Origin: Tubiluchus corallicola
Lineage: Eukaryota > Animalia > Priapulida
NCBI GenBank assembly: GCA_030141605.1
Contig: JAQGDQ010000156.1
Coordinates: forward strand, 310,001 to 374,000
Length of the DNA: 64,000 nt
Direction: 5' to 3'
Below the pieces are notes generated by a model. It had not been told where the DNA came from. It ran no database searches and saw nothing but the letters and a program-made list of their open reading frames with translations. This document shows, piece by piece, positions 52,024 through 64,000 of this stretch. Both the position numbers and the translations under genes were made by a program. Positions within the stretch are counted from its first letter, which is position 1. Every line of letters starts with the position of its first letter.

Positions 52024-54914
52024 GTAAGGAAAAGTGAAGTGTTTGTTTATAAAGTTACCACAATCTAAATTGAACTTTAAATAATGAAATCAGATAACTC
52101 ATAACTTAATTACATTCATCATTTATGATTAAAATATCTCAAATAATATATAATTAGCTTAGTTTAACTGCAATTTCTTTTCACAATTTTTTATTGTAGT
52201 TCTTACTGCAGAACAAAAGCAGTCAATATGCGTTGCTGATTTGTAATTTTTCCAAGAAGTCTTTATTAATGAATTCCAGAATTCGAATTCGAAATCAGGA
52301 AATTTGATTCAATTTTTATAGCCAAAAATGTCAGCTTGCTTCAAAATCTAATTCTGTGAAAGTGTATTCTCTCCTTTATTGATTACACGTGTGATTAAAC
52401 AAAATTATCTTTCAAGTACATGCAGGAAATGTTTTTGACATTTCTGTTGTGGATATATATATATATGCCCGCTAAGCAAAACCTGTCTTATTCGAAACAT
52501 AACAAAACTACTGACTCGTCACACATTGACATTGTATATCAACTGCAGTTGTTAGTTTATCAAGAAAAATGTGTTTCTGCTAAATGAACACCATTTTTGC
52601 ACTATTCCATTGCCCTCTTTGGTGAAAACTCAGAATTCTGTGATTTTCCTTTATGCTATACTTAATCATTATGATGAGTTACATTAACTTAGTGAAATTC
52701 TATAGTGTAATACAACAAAATGACGCTGTAAGTTTTGCAACAAACACTTTGCAACCAATGAATTTGAGTTAGTCCTAAGTACATTATAACTGTACATGTG
52801 CCAAGCTTCGGGAGCGAACACTGATGGCGGAGGAAATGTACTTCCTGTATTTTATCAGCAACCTTGAATTTTAGCCAGCTGAAAATTTTAGCATAGACAT
52901 CAGATTTTGGGAAGTTGACACACACATTTGTGTTTAGTTTTTATTAGTGGGATTGTGTCAGAAAAGTGCCACCAAAAACAAAGCCTGTAGGGAGCCTGAG
53001 AGTGTAACCATGCTGCAGTGGCGTTTTTTGCTTTGTCAAACCTCTGTGGTGAATAATTTTCTCGATAGATGGCGCGGGTATGATATTGATGAAGTGGAAT
53101 GACTAACCAAGATGTGACAGCTGATAATACACTTGCAAGTTGGAAGTACAATTGTGTACATAATACTACTGTATTGCAACATTGACACGTGAAACGTATC
53201 CGGCACGTTGTTAGTGCTTAACAATGCAGGATGTATGATAATATGAGTTTGACTGCTTAAGTAGAAAATTAACCTGTAAATAGGCCTATTATTAATTTTA
53301 ACGGCAGCTAGTTAATGCCTATAGCTATGCGATCGTATTTAAAAGAATCAGGATTTAATAGTGTTGGTGAGTTCATTAATGTTTGTTATTATTAATATAG
53401 GCGAGAAAAACGTTTTGAAATTGAAATTTTAATTATAATTTATTTTAATTTTACATACTATTAAAAAATAATAGTTTTTCTATCTTTTATATCATCCCAT
53501 ATATGAGCTTCATTCATTACATCATTCCATTTTAAGCGCTAATGTTTTTTTATCACGATTCACCTTAAATTTTCAGATTATCTCCATTACTTTTTTTCTA
53601 TCACTGTATGGGACGATCTAACAAGCCCTGCTTTTTGATTGCCCGCAACACATTTACCTTCGTGTATAAGTGAACAGTGTTTGAGGCCTTTCCTGTGCAG
53701 TATTTCTTATTTGTATTATATCCATTGTAGGCCCTTTCACTAGATATTGTATATGTAACCATTGTAAATGTGTAAGGTGAAATAAATGACTTATGAAATA
53801 AAAGTAAATGAACTAATATGCAAACTGCCAAAGGATGCTATAAACCGTTTATAACACCTAACTCTTTGAAAATAGCATATTTTAATTATAATTATAATTA
53901 AATAACCTTGGTAATTACAATTAAATTATGTTGGTAGTTTAGTTTGCATATGATAGCCTTTGTTTGGCTGAGAATAAAAGTACTGCACAAACTCGATGAA
54001 TGTGGATCAACTCATAGCCCAAAAATGATTTTTGAACAAGAGCTAGTCAGCTTTGTAGGACGTAAGGGTCTCCCTGTTTTTTTTTTTATTAAACCAAGGG
54101 TCTCCCTCTCTGCCTTGCCATTCTTCACAGCTCCCACGCTGGTTTCTCCTGTCTTTGCCTGAAGATGGCAGTAGTGATGTAACTATTGTTTATCATGCAT
54201 TCTTATTACCATATTTTTTGATGTTGCATTTAATTAAAAACTATTAACAGTTTAAAGAAAAAACGAAAAATGCAAAACTCTTCAAGGCTAACTTACGTTT
54301 CTTGTAAGAAATGACTAATTAAAAAAGTTTTTTAAAAACGTCTGAAAATTTGCTGTTTTTAATGAAGCTTTCTGTGGTTGAGCTAATCTTGCATTTTTTA
54401 CAATTGTATGTTTTGTGGCATTGCTTTTATGATTTTGCTAAATTTTCCGTGTTTTTATTATTTTTTCTTCTTTGTCATATTCACTGCACTTTTAATCAAT
54501 GTGTCATGGTCTTATAAATCTTATGAAATGATTTTTTAATAGTTTTGAAGTATCTTTTATTTGCAAGATGCATTAGATCATCATGTAAAATGCATAAAAA
54601 CATTCAATAAATTAATTGCTGTTTCACTTAAATTGGAATCTAAAGGTAAAAACTGCAAAATGATGAAAATAAGTCGCTCGTTTCTTTCCTTTTAGTCGTT
54701 TTTGTGACTGAATAAAATTTAAAGAATGTGTTTCCTATAAATATGTGTAACTTCGTAGTAAAGTTATGAAACTGTATCATTACTCATAGCCTACCTATAA
54801 TAATTCATGTTGGATATTTGTGTTATTTTGCATATTTACATGTGGAAACATATGTGGTTTATATCTGGCTTGTCCGAATAGTTGCGTCAAAACCTGTTTC
54901 CTGAATTGGCCATT

Positions 54915-55050
54915 TAATTCAATTCAATTCAATTTATTTACTGACTCCGCAAGAATGGTCAAAATACAGTATCAGGAATACATGCAATATTTCGAAGCAA
55001 AGGAGAAGGGCAGCGAAGAACCCGTAGGTTATCTAGTCAGCCACCCTTAA
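54915..55050 (-). mobile_element. 3' terminus of a LINE (CR1/L2-group-like) with (TTGAA)n tail
   Basis: Minus strand reads agggtggctgactagataacctacgggttcttcgctgccct (stem-loop)...aataaattgaattgaattgaa. Confidence 0.5.
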
Positions 55051-55339
55051 AATGGTTGTGATTAAATAAAATTAATTATGGCATCGTTCTCATTTTAAAT
55101 ATGTATTCGGTTGATGTGTGTAATTGGCAATTAAATGATGGGTATCGTAATACTGTAGAACATAATAATTTAAATAACGAAAGATTTACAATTCTAAAAT
55201 ACTGTGAATCATGCGAATTTAACTTTAACTTCACGATGCAAATCGGCCAACTCAAAGTCGTCACTCTTTTAAATTCCAAATTTCTCTTAGTTCATTTCTT
55301 GATTTGCGTTCAACACAATTTTCTATCCCATGTTGACCA

Positions 55340-55610
55340 TTTGAAAACAATGAGAGAACGATGGATTAGCTTAGACTCTTGTTCCACTGTTGATTCGTCT
55401 TTGTTTAATGAATGTGGTGTATTAATTCTTGAAGACTTGATTACATATCACTTGTCTATCTATATCTAACAGACATGCTGCAACTTGTTTCCCAGTTCCT
55501 TTACAAATCCAATTACTGCAAATCCTAAATATCATTTTACAAGTACAACGAATTGCCAGGCACTTTATTAAATTCGCTGGAAATTCACAGCCCCAAATAA
55601 CTGGAATAAA
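55340..55610 (+). mobile_element. Possible degraded CR1/L2-group LINE ORF2 C-terminus
   Basis: SLFNECGVLILEDLITYHLSIYI*...NLFPSSF resembles the tail downstream of the RT domain in this group. It is heavily decayed and runs into the 33-bp array. Confidence 0.4.
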
Positions 55611-55971
55611 ATAAGTGCCAAGTAAAAATACACAAAACTATCATAAGTGCCAAGTAAAAATACACAAAACTATCATAAGTGCCCAAGTAGAAATACACAA
55701 AACTATCATAAGTGCCTAAGTAGAAATACACAAAACTATCATAAGTGCCCAAGTAGAAATACACAAAACTATCATAAGTGCCCAAGTAGAAATACACAAA
55801 ACTATCATATGTGCCCAAGTAGAAATACACAAAACTATCACAAGTGCCCAAGTAGAAATACACAAAACTATCACAAGTGCCCAAGTAGAAATACACAAAA
55901 CTATCATAAGTGTCCAAGTAAAAATACACAAAACTATCATAAGTGCCCAAGTAAAAATACACAAAACTATC
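55611..55971. repeat. Minisatellite, 33-bp unit, about 11 copies
   Basis: Unit aagtgcccaagtagaaatacacaaaactatcat. Confidence 0.97.
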
Positions 55972-56934
55972 TATAATTTCGAAAAACTTATTTTGAAAAG
56001 AACCAACGTACAATTATGATGCTTCCATGTCTCATGCTGTCGCAATGGTTGACTTTCCATTATTTATAATATGCTTTTTTAATATAGCTCTATGTAATTT
56101 AAAACATTGTGGTCGTTTCCTCCCCTCACTTCTTCCTATCCCTAATCTTACTATTTTTTTTATTCCATCATGTCTACTAACCCTAACCATTCTTTTACTC
56201 ACTCATTCATGATTCCCTAACAAGCAATGCTTTCAATGTTCATGCATCAATTTATTTATTTGGTTAATTTGCTTTCAACAATGATTTTTTTTTACCTAGT
56301 ATACTGTTTTTTATCATAATATTGTATGTTGATGTATTGTATATGTATTGCTGGAGTGAAATCAACTGACTTGATTTTTATTTGATACTGCAATAACAAT
56401 TGTTTAACTTCAGGTAGCTTCATCTGTTGTTATTATTATAAGCACGGGAACATGAAAAAAATGCAATTAGAAAGAAATCAAAAGAAAGGAAAAATAAAAG
56501 GAGAAGAGAAGATTAATGCTAAATTTTAGTAGGTCTCATAATTACAGTATTTCCAAAAATATAGACCGATACGATTTTGGGATGCCAAAAAAACAAGAAA
56601 ACTACGTAATAAATGAAATCAGGCATAGATTTAACATAGCTATCTAACATTTAGCTGTGAATCACTATATTTTTTTATGTGTACATTTGTACTAGTAGTA
56701 TGTGATTTATTTATTTTGGACATTCACTCATCTTATGTACATACACATTTAGGACTGCCCAATGTCCAGTTGTATCTCCTAATTTCAGACAATTTAATAA
56801 TGGCTTTTGCCTGTTCAAACATTCAGTCGATTGCCATTTACTCTATATACGTTTCCTTGGCAAACATTGGCTTTTAATGTTATTGAGATAGTAGGGAGTT
56901 CCCATCAGGAGCTCACAATTCACCAAAAACGATG

Positions 56935-57455
56935 TGTGCTACCTTCAAAAACCCGGATCTCAACACAGAAACTGAACTACATGCTTTGTCATCACGTGTA
57001 GAACCTGTATTCTTGTGTAATTCTGAATTGCGGACAGTCAAAGTTTGGATAATGAAAGGATAATGAAATTGATGCCATTCCAAAGACTTCTATACAGAAA
57101 GATGTTGGGCATAAAATGGAAAAAAGAAATTCTCAAATCAGGTTCTATATAATGTAACGAAGAAGAAGTAATGGAGTGATGTCGCACAGAAGCATCGGCT
57201 TAACTGGAGTGGACATGTTAGATTACCAGAGGATTCTCCATTCACTGTAACAATACTTCAAACACTAATACTGGGAAGAGACCAAGAGAAGGACAGCTGA
57301 TCACATATTTGGATGTTGTGAAGAAAGACTTAGTAAATACTCCACTTGATTTAAACAACGTGAATACTTGGCAGTAGATGTTACAGCAGATCGGGGGACA
57401 TGGCACAAATTATGAGTGGTGCCGTGTTGCATAACAGAAGCACCTAAGACAATGA
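56935..57455 (+). mobile_element. Degraded RTE-clade-like LINE, 3' end of ORF
   Basis: With frameshifts it reads VEPVFLCNSE...NEIDA/FQRLLYRKMLGIKW...SNQVLY...WSDVAQKHRLNWSGHVRLPEDSP...KRPREGQLITYLDVVKKDL...ADRGTW. Confidence 0.8.
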
Positions 57456-58650
57456 TGCTATGCTACGTCTCACTAGTAAATGGACCGTTTAATTTTTTTA
57501 ATCCTCTTTCTCAAGTATTTTTTGTCATGTACAAGTAACGTGTCGCATGCATTGTGGGTAAGCACAACGCAATATTTATTGTGCAACACAAATATGACAA
57601 TGAAACTATTAGTTGAAGTTCTTCAAATTCTGCACGTTTTCTTATTTTGTTACTGGTCATTTGTATTTGAAATTCTAGCATCGTGTGGAAGTAAATCAAG
57701 AGGGACATTTTATCATTCTTTAAATAATCTTAGTTTGTTGAGCTAGAAACTGTAAATCCTGTGATGCTGTCTCTCCTTCGAAAAATGACTGTTCTCTAGA
57801 CATGTACAATTTATACAATTGAACGTAGAGTGACACGTACAATTTATGATGACAACGTGCCCACCAAGTCTCTATCCAGACTTGCCCTTTTCTGTCCAGG
57901 TTAGCAAAGTGTAGATAATTTAAATAAAATCTGTGACTATGTAGAGTAGCGATTACATAGCACATAGTAACAGCAACGGTTTGTTAGAAACTAAGTCCTT
58001 TCATTCGATAAAAATGCATTAAAAAATTTTGTAGTGCTTAAAATTGACTATTTAGAACATATTTATAATTTAGTTACTTGATACCATGTTTAGTGTTGCT
58101 AACTATTTTCTTAAATTTATATTTATATTTTATATTTTATTTGGTAATCACAATTGCAAATCATACAATGCACACACCAACTATTAAGATACAATTACAC
58201 ACATATACAGCGCTACAAAAAACCTATACCACGTTATCATGAACATCATTAGTCAAAAACTTAACAATTTAAACCAAAGACACAACATCAAACCTTCATG
58301 TATGAACCCAATGGTACAACATGAATATACATAAACACAGGTTTAAGATAGTTGCATACACATGTAGTATTTAGTTTACATAAGTGACATTAGTTATATA
58401 TATATAACTGTGTATATATATATAGTTCGTTTATTTTCAATTTATAATAACTACATTCTGGAACTGACACATTTTAAAACAAAATTACAAGCAATTTGGG
58501 AGATGATCAGGATGACTCTACTGTAGCACCTGTGTGCATTTGATAAAGACAAATTTGCTGGCTTAAGCAAATAAAAGTTAACTCTGGTTTTTTTTGCTTT
58601 CTAGTTTGCATACCTTATTTTTTTATATAATATTATGCTTTCTCTTTCAG

Positions 58651-58736
58651 GTTCAACATCCACGGAGGGCTCAAATCTCTTGCGTTTACGATCATCTCTG
58701 TTAGGTCAGTCAGCTCCGTCCCTTAGTGCAAGCATG
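58651..58736 (+). CDS. MAST: MAST-family (microtubule-associated serine/threonine) kinase, conserved N-terminal exon; gene continues beyond the window
   Basis: Acceptor ctttctctttcAG, donor ATG|gtaagt. Translates (G)STSTEGSNLLRLRSSLLGQSAPSLSASM, matching the vertebrate MAST2/MAST4 motif as I recall it (SNLVRMR.Q.LGQSAPSLTA.L), which precedes the DUF1908 region. Confidence 0.85.
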
Positions 58737-60426
58737 GTAAGTTCTGTGACATCAGATGACTGCCAAAAAATAGGTTTGAAACGTATCGTTGACTTTTAAA
58801 CGGTTCGTTTGAAAATGTTTTCCTAATAACCACCAGGCATTCAAATAACTGTCAAAGCAAAACAGTTGCAGCGGAAAAGAGCTGGATAAGCTTGAATTAT
58901 AATAAGTATATTTTTCTGTTTTTGCTTTACTTTGTTATTTGAATGCTTTCAAGATCTCAATTTTGGCTCTCGGGGAAATTATACAATTATCCATTCTATT
59001 CTTAGGACTTCTATGAGCTTGTTGAAATAAGCATTAATTGTTGCTGTCTGTTTCATTTTATTTTCTTTCGTAATTTGATTGTTTCAGAATGCATGCTTTC
59101 AGTATATACTGTGATCGATTTTGGCTGTTGGGCTGTTACCCAGATATCTACCGTGTTTATGGGGTACTATGGACTTGATTAAATAAACCATAATTGCTAC
59201 TTGGTGTTTATCGTTGTATATTCACCACTGCTATAACTGACTTGTGCTCTGGTCAAATGTATCTTAATTCATCTATTGGTCCATTTAGGTCAGTGTGATT
59301 GTACGATTACATCAGATATCTGTGCATGCAAAGTGGCTCGCCATAGTCCACTTTGTCTTCGTGTCACGCTGGATGTCAAGTATATTAATTTAAGTGGTCT
59401 GCAGCTGATTGAATGAACACTTGAACACTATCACTAATGCCTGTTTAACTACCCAATGTGAATCGATCAGCTATAAAATCGTTATAATAAAAACATTCCA
59501 CGGTTACGTACAAGGTAACCAAACAATGCGTCAGATGTTCAGAAAACTTTTTTAATAAGGTAGCCAGTTTTTAAGTGAACTTTTTTATAATTTGACCTAA
59601 AGTAACAAAAATTAAAAGTGGTGTTTCTACATTAACTTTTTGAGACTTATTTTACTCTGTTGTGGACGTGCTTTTGTTTAATTCGAGTACTGATGTAGTT
59701 TCCGAAAAACTTAACATCAGGTTTGTTGCATGGACGTCTTCCAGAATTCTAAACCGACAACAGTAATCCATTTTCGTGGTATACTAGTTGGAGTCAAATT
59801 TAATTTCGTCAAAGAACTTGTGGCCCCTTCCTGTCATTAACCCACTCCATTTGTAATCAGCCCTTGATTCGTTGTACTGAAACAAAATGAGTCAAGTTGA
59901 AATTGTCCGATTTCTAATTGAGCAAATCATTGAACGGTTGAACTGGTCATTAGCGTTGCTTTGAATTGTGGGATTGAATTAATGGTTTCAAGAGACTGGG
60001 AGGCAGAGCTATAACAACATATTCCCGTGGAGTTTGTGCAGAGGCAAATATTGAGAAAACTATCTTTGCGCTAATGTTTGCTGCTATTACGTGGAAGGGA
60101 ATTTCGAGCTTCGCAGTGGAAAGTTGTGTATTTGTTGTTATTTCTTAAAACTTTCTCTGTTGTTGTTTTGCGGAGTTTCTTTCAATGTTAGTTGAAGGTC
60201 TGTGGCATTTTTTGGATTCTGAGTTGAATCTGGAGATCGGATCCTGTTGATATTGATTTTTATACACGTTTCCTGGAGTTCTTTTTGTAATAGGTAAGCA
60301 AATATGTAAATTAATCATTATCATGAATTTTTATATGTAAAGAACTAACTGGTGCAGTGAACATTGGGTATCACCTATTAGGCTGTTAAGGATGAGTTTA
60401 AAGAAAAGGCATTTGCTCTTAAGTAG

Positions 60427-60490
60427 TTATTATTATTATTATTATTGTTATTATTATTATTATTAATATTATTATTATTATTTATTATTT
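60427..60490. repeat. (TTA)n microsatellite
   Basis: Direct reading. Confidence 0.9.
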
Positions 60491-63400
60491 TTTGAAGCCA
60501 CATATACTGCTAGTTGGCTACCTGTGACTTTTAAGATTTATTTTTTATTAGTAGGTAGGTGCACGTTTTTTATCAACCAGCTTAAGACGATGAATTGATA
60601 TGTTAACTATGGAGATCAAGAATTCTTGTTTATGGAAGACCATTTCAAGACAACCTTGGGTAAGTTTACACATTGTATAATAAACTGCCTTAGTTACTGT
60701 AACATGAGCTGTAAGTATGAAGCAATGCATGTTCAACTGAAGTAACGCAGCCGGGATTTAATAGACTAGCGTTGCTTATTTGTATCCTGCGTACGATCTG
60801 ATAATGTGCTTTCCTTCAGGTACTCGTCCCGACTATTGACACATAATGATAGTATTACGTCTTCGATTACACCTATCATTTTCTCTTCGTCTTCTGTTTT
60901 CTTCATCACTATCATTTGCTTCCCAATGCTGGTAATCAAGGTTTCGTAATTAGCCCCGAGATCTAGCAAGCGGTCACGTTTCAGTGACATCCCGTCATGT
61001 GGGGTAACAGCTTTATTGATACACTCACAATACTGCATGTCGTACATCTAGAATTAATGCAAGATTAAGTTATGATGCTGCTTTTGCAGTTAAACACACA
61101 AACAAGCTGCCCGGCAATTAAATTGTGGGGTTTCATTGCAAAATCTCAAGGTTTCTTCAATAAGAATTTTTCAAGGAGAAGAAATTTAAAAGTTGTGACA
61201 TATCAGTTGAATGGAATAGAAAAAAAATAACTATTGCTAAGTAGTTTTAAACATCATTATACAGCACAGGCCTAGAGGTAATTGTCGACTTATGACTATA
61301 GTCGGTTTGGTCGAATTGGTCACAAGACGACTAGGATGCAAGTTGGACTCGTAATGGTCATATATTTAATCGGTGCACCACTACATGTAAGATGTTGTGT
61401 GTGTACCTGCGTGAATTTAAGCGGTGCCTACGAATTAATTTTTCACAAAAGGTAGCGATTTAAAATTAATTTGCTTAAAAAGAAGAAGGAAATGTTAGCT
61501 ATTATTAGTTTTGCGTAATGTTAATTAATTAAGTTGTGCTCGGGTCGTAAAGTCGAGCAGTCGTAATTTGCATAGGACCGTAAGTCGATCATATTTCAGA
61601 TAGATACTTGAAATGCTTGTCTGCAGTGGCTTTGGCCTATAACCCACTTTAGGAAATTGCTTATTTTACTGGCCAGTAAAGAGATAGGGTCAGCTTGAAA
61701 AACCGCTTCTGGTAGTTTTATCTGCCCACTGCTCACAACTGTTTACTTTATAAAGGAAGGACATATATGAATCCAAAGATGACTAAGATATCTTCCAATT
61801 TATCGTCAGTCTTAGAGAATTGTCCTCCACAGTAACATCTACCATCTACAACTGACACTTCCAACGAGTGTTTAGTTTAAAAATACATCTGATGTTAATA
61901 TGCGGCCGCTTGACATTAAAATGACAACTTGGGTGGTTTAGTTTACTTTTTAGTTTTTGTGTTGTAATTTATTATACTGCCATGAGTGTAACCTTATTGT
62001 TTTAATTATTTTTTCACGTATAAAATAATAATTATCGTATTAATGTTACTCAGTATTGCTGTAAGAGATGAGAGTGCATTAAATTTAATGTGCCTAGGGT
62101 ATGCTTACATTTGAATTCCAGACACAGATGTCACCGAACTAAGTTGATAACTGTATACACTCTAAGCTTGTCTTGCTAGTATGTAATTCTCTTATCTTTT
62201 GTAAATACGTGACCATTAAAAGTGTCCCATAGGGAAATGAGGCGATGTCACCGCTTGTTGTCTAGATTACTAAGTTGAACCTAGGTAATGGTTTGGCTCG
62301 TTGCGATCTCTCATTGCAGTTGATTTGATTAAGTTGAAATGGCTGAAATGCTTAGTAGTGTTAAGCGATCGTAATTTGTATGCAGTAAGTGGTTAACTAA
62401 GTTCAATGGCTCCCCGATGACCGTGTAAGACAATGGAGGCTGACTTCTTATCTCCATTTCACCTTTCTGTATTACTCTTTCGGTCATCCCCGCTTCTCGT
62501 CGGAAGAAGGAGGGACGCCAAAAAGGATTTCCAGACTCACAAGGTGGAACTGTGGTGAAGTTTTTGTCCGCAGTGTTGAGAAGCACTTATAGCTCTTCTA
62601 AAAAGTGTAGAAGCAAATCTAGTACCATGCTTGCACACTTGGCAGATCTGCTTGCTGTTCTAAGTAAGACTCCTCCTGTACGCTTTCTAAATCTATTAAA
62701 TAAACCCTTTTTATTATATTTTAGGCTTGGTGTGCAAACATTGGTATCAATCCTGCACGAAATATAATCACTTACCACACATGTTTGCTGCCTAGTATGA
62801 ATACGAGCACTATGATGTATAACACAAAAAAATCAACTGCATAATCATTATAATTTAAATTATGCCTGGGTGTTGTGGTCACTGCCTAACATACACTGAT
62901 TAATTCTAAGATTCAAATGTAAAATCAATCTAAAAGCGAAAACTAAAAAACTCCCAGTGTCTTGCCTGTTTTAGCAGAATTAAGCTGTTTATGTAATCTT
63001 CTGCTGACAGTATTGTATAGATCGTATTTAATTATTGTTGTAGTTTTCATTATAACATAATTTTTCTTATTTTGCTCAATATAATAAATATGGCTTCTCT
63101 TGTTATTCTTTATTATCAAGTATGACAGTGTTTAGTTTCTTCTTCTTTGGTCAGCTCGTGCCATCGTCAGTTTTAGAGGATGCAAAAAATTTACCGTCAG
63201 GCGCTTGTCGCTGCTTGTTTTAAACTCATACATCATGTTTTTTGTTGCGACTGTGCTGCCGTCTCTTGTAATTAACGTCAATTATGTATCAGCGTCACAT
63301 GAAATTTGAAATGTATTTGCTTGTTAGATTTCATTATCTTTGTCTGCAGTTGCGTCACCTCATGATTCTGCTGTTTTTTAACATTTTTATCTTCTGTAAT

Positions 63401-63565
63401 AGGCTTCACTGGCAAATTGCTACAATTATGCTCGGGCTACTTACAGGGCCAAGTTTGCATACCAATAAATTGGAGTACTGGTTCGATAATAAAAATACCC
63501 TAACCTAAGTGCAAAATCACTAGCCAAAGTAAAGAGGACTACTGTTTCAAAATGAAAGTTCAACT

Positions 63566-64000
63566 AACCAGAGCAAAGTGGGCTACTGGTTCAATGTAAA
63601 AATTCACAAACCAGAGCAAAATGCACTACTGGTTCAAAGTAAAACACACTAACCAGAACAAAGTGCACTACTGGTTCAAAGCAAAACACACTAACCAGAG
63701 CAAAGTGCACTACTGGTTCAAAGCAAAAACACACTAACCAGAACAAAGTGCACTACTGGTTCAAAGTAAAAACACACTAACCAGAGCAAAGTGCACTACT
63801 GGTTCAAAGTAAAAACACACTAACCAGAGCAAAGTGCACTACTGGTTCAAAGTAAAAACACACTAACCAGAGCAAAGTGCACTACTGGTTCAAAGTAAAA
63901 ACACACTAACCAGAACAAAGTGCACTACTGGTTCAAAGTAAAAACACACTAACCAGAGCAAAGTGCACTACTGGTTCAAAGTAAAAACACACTAACCAGA
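63566..64000. repeat. Minisatellite, 42-43 bp unit, at least 10 copies, truncated by the window end
   Basis: Unit aaccagagcaaagtgcactactggttcaaagtaaaaacacact. Degenerate copies start near 63460. Confidence 0.97.

Noticed and set aside
55585-56013. Repeat proteins (CPSRNTQNYHK)n and (YDSFVYFYLGT)n
   Set aside because: These ORFs are by-products of a 33-bp tandem unit, with no splice or start context.
59811-59840. KEL-starting sequence as the next MAST exon (KELSLPRR-like)
   Set aside because: No AG acceptor precedes it and a stop follows within 10 codons. The true next exon is probably beyond the window.
62329-62778. Two consecutive minus-strand ORFs suggesting stop-codon readthrough
   Set aside because: No homology recognised, the starts are non-ATG and the composition is not convincingly coding.
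63566-64000. CRISPR-like array with palindromic repeats
   Set aside because: Units are head-to-tail with no unique spacers, there are no cas genes, and the context is a eukaryotic intron.

Overview
AT-rich eukaryotic DNA with GT-AG introns, microsatellites and many DNA-transposon and LINE relics. It looks like an invertebrate animal, but the species cannot be identified from this window. Two intron-containing protein genes lie on the + strand. (1) The 3' part of a PP2C-like domain protein of the Drosophila CG9801 type: five coding exons from 166 to 8536, all phase-compatible, with a tRNA-Ala(CGC) gene inside one intron. (2) The 5' part of a MAST-family (microtubule-associated Ser/Thr kinase) gene, recognised from the exon SNLLRLRSSLLGQSAPSLSASM at 58651-58736; the kinase and PDZ exons would lie beyond the window. 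The MAST gene appears to start with an exon encoding a SAM-like domain (16477-17049), followed by a roughly 35-kb intron holding at least two candidate alternative first coding exons, all ending in phase 0 and compatible with the exon at 51813. The introns carry hAT, Tc1/mariner and Kolobok-like MITEs, two fold-back elements, a probable solo LTR inserted in a minisatellite, RTE-type LINE fragments, several minisatellites and an unusual perfect double hairpin. There is no CRISPR array or prokaryotic system, and most short ORFs in the supplied track are spurious.
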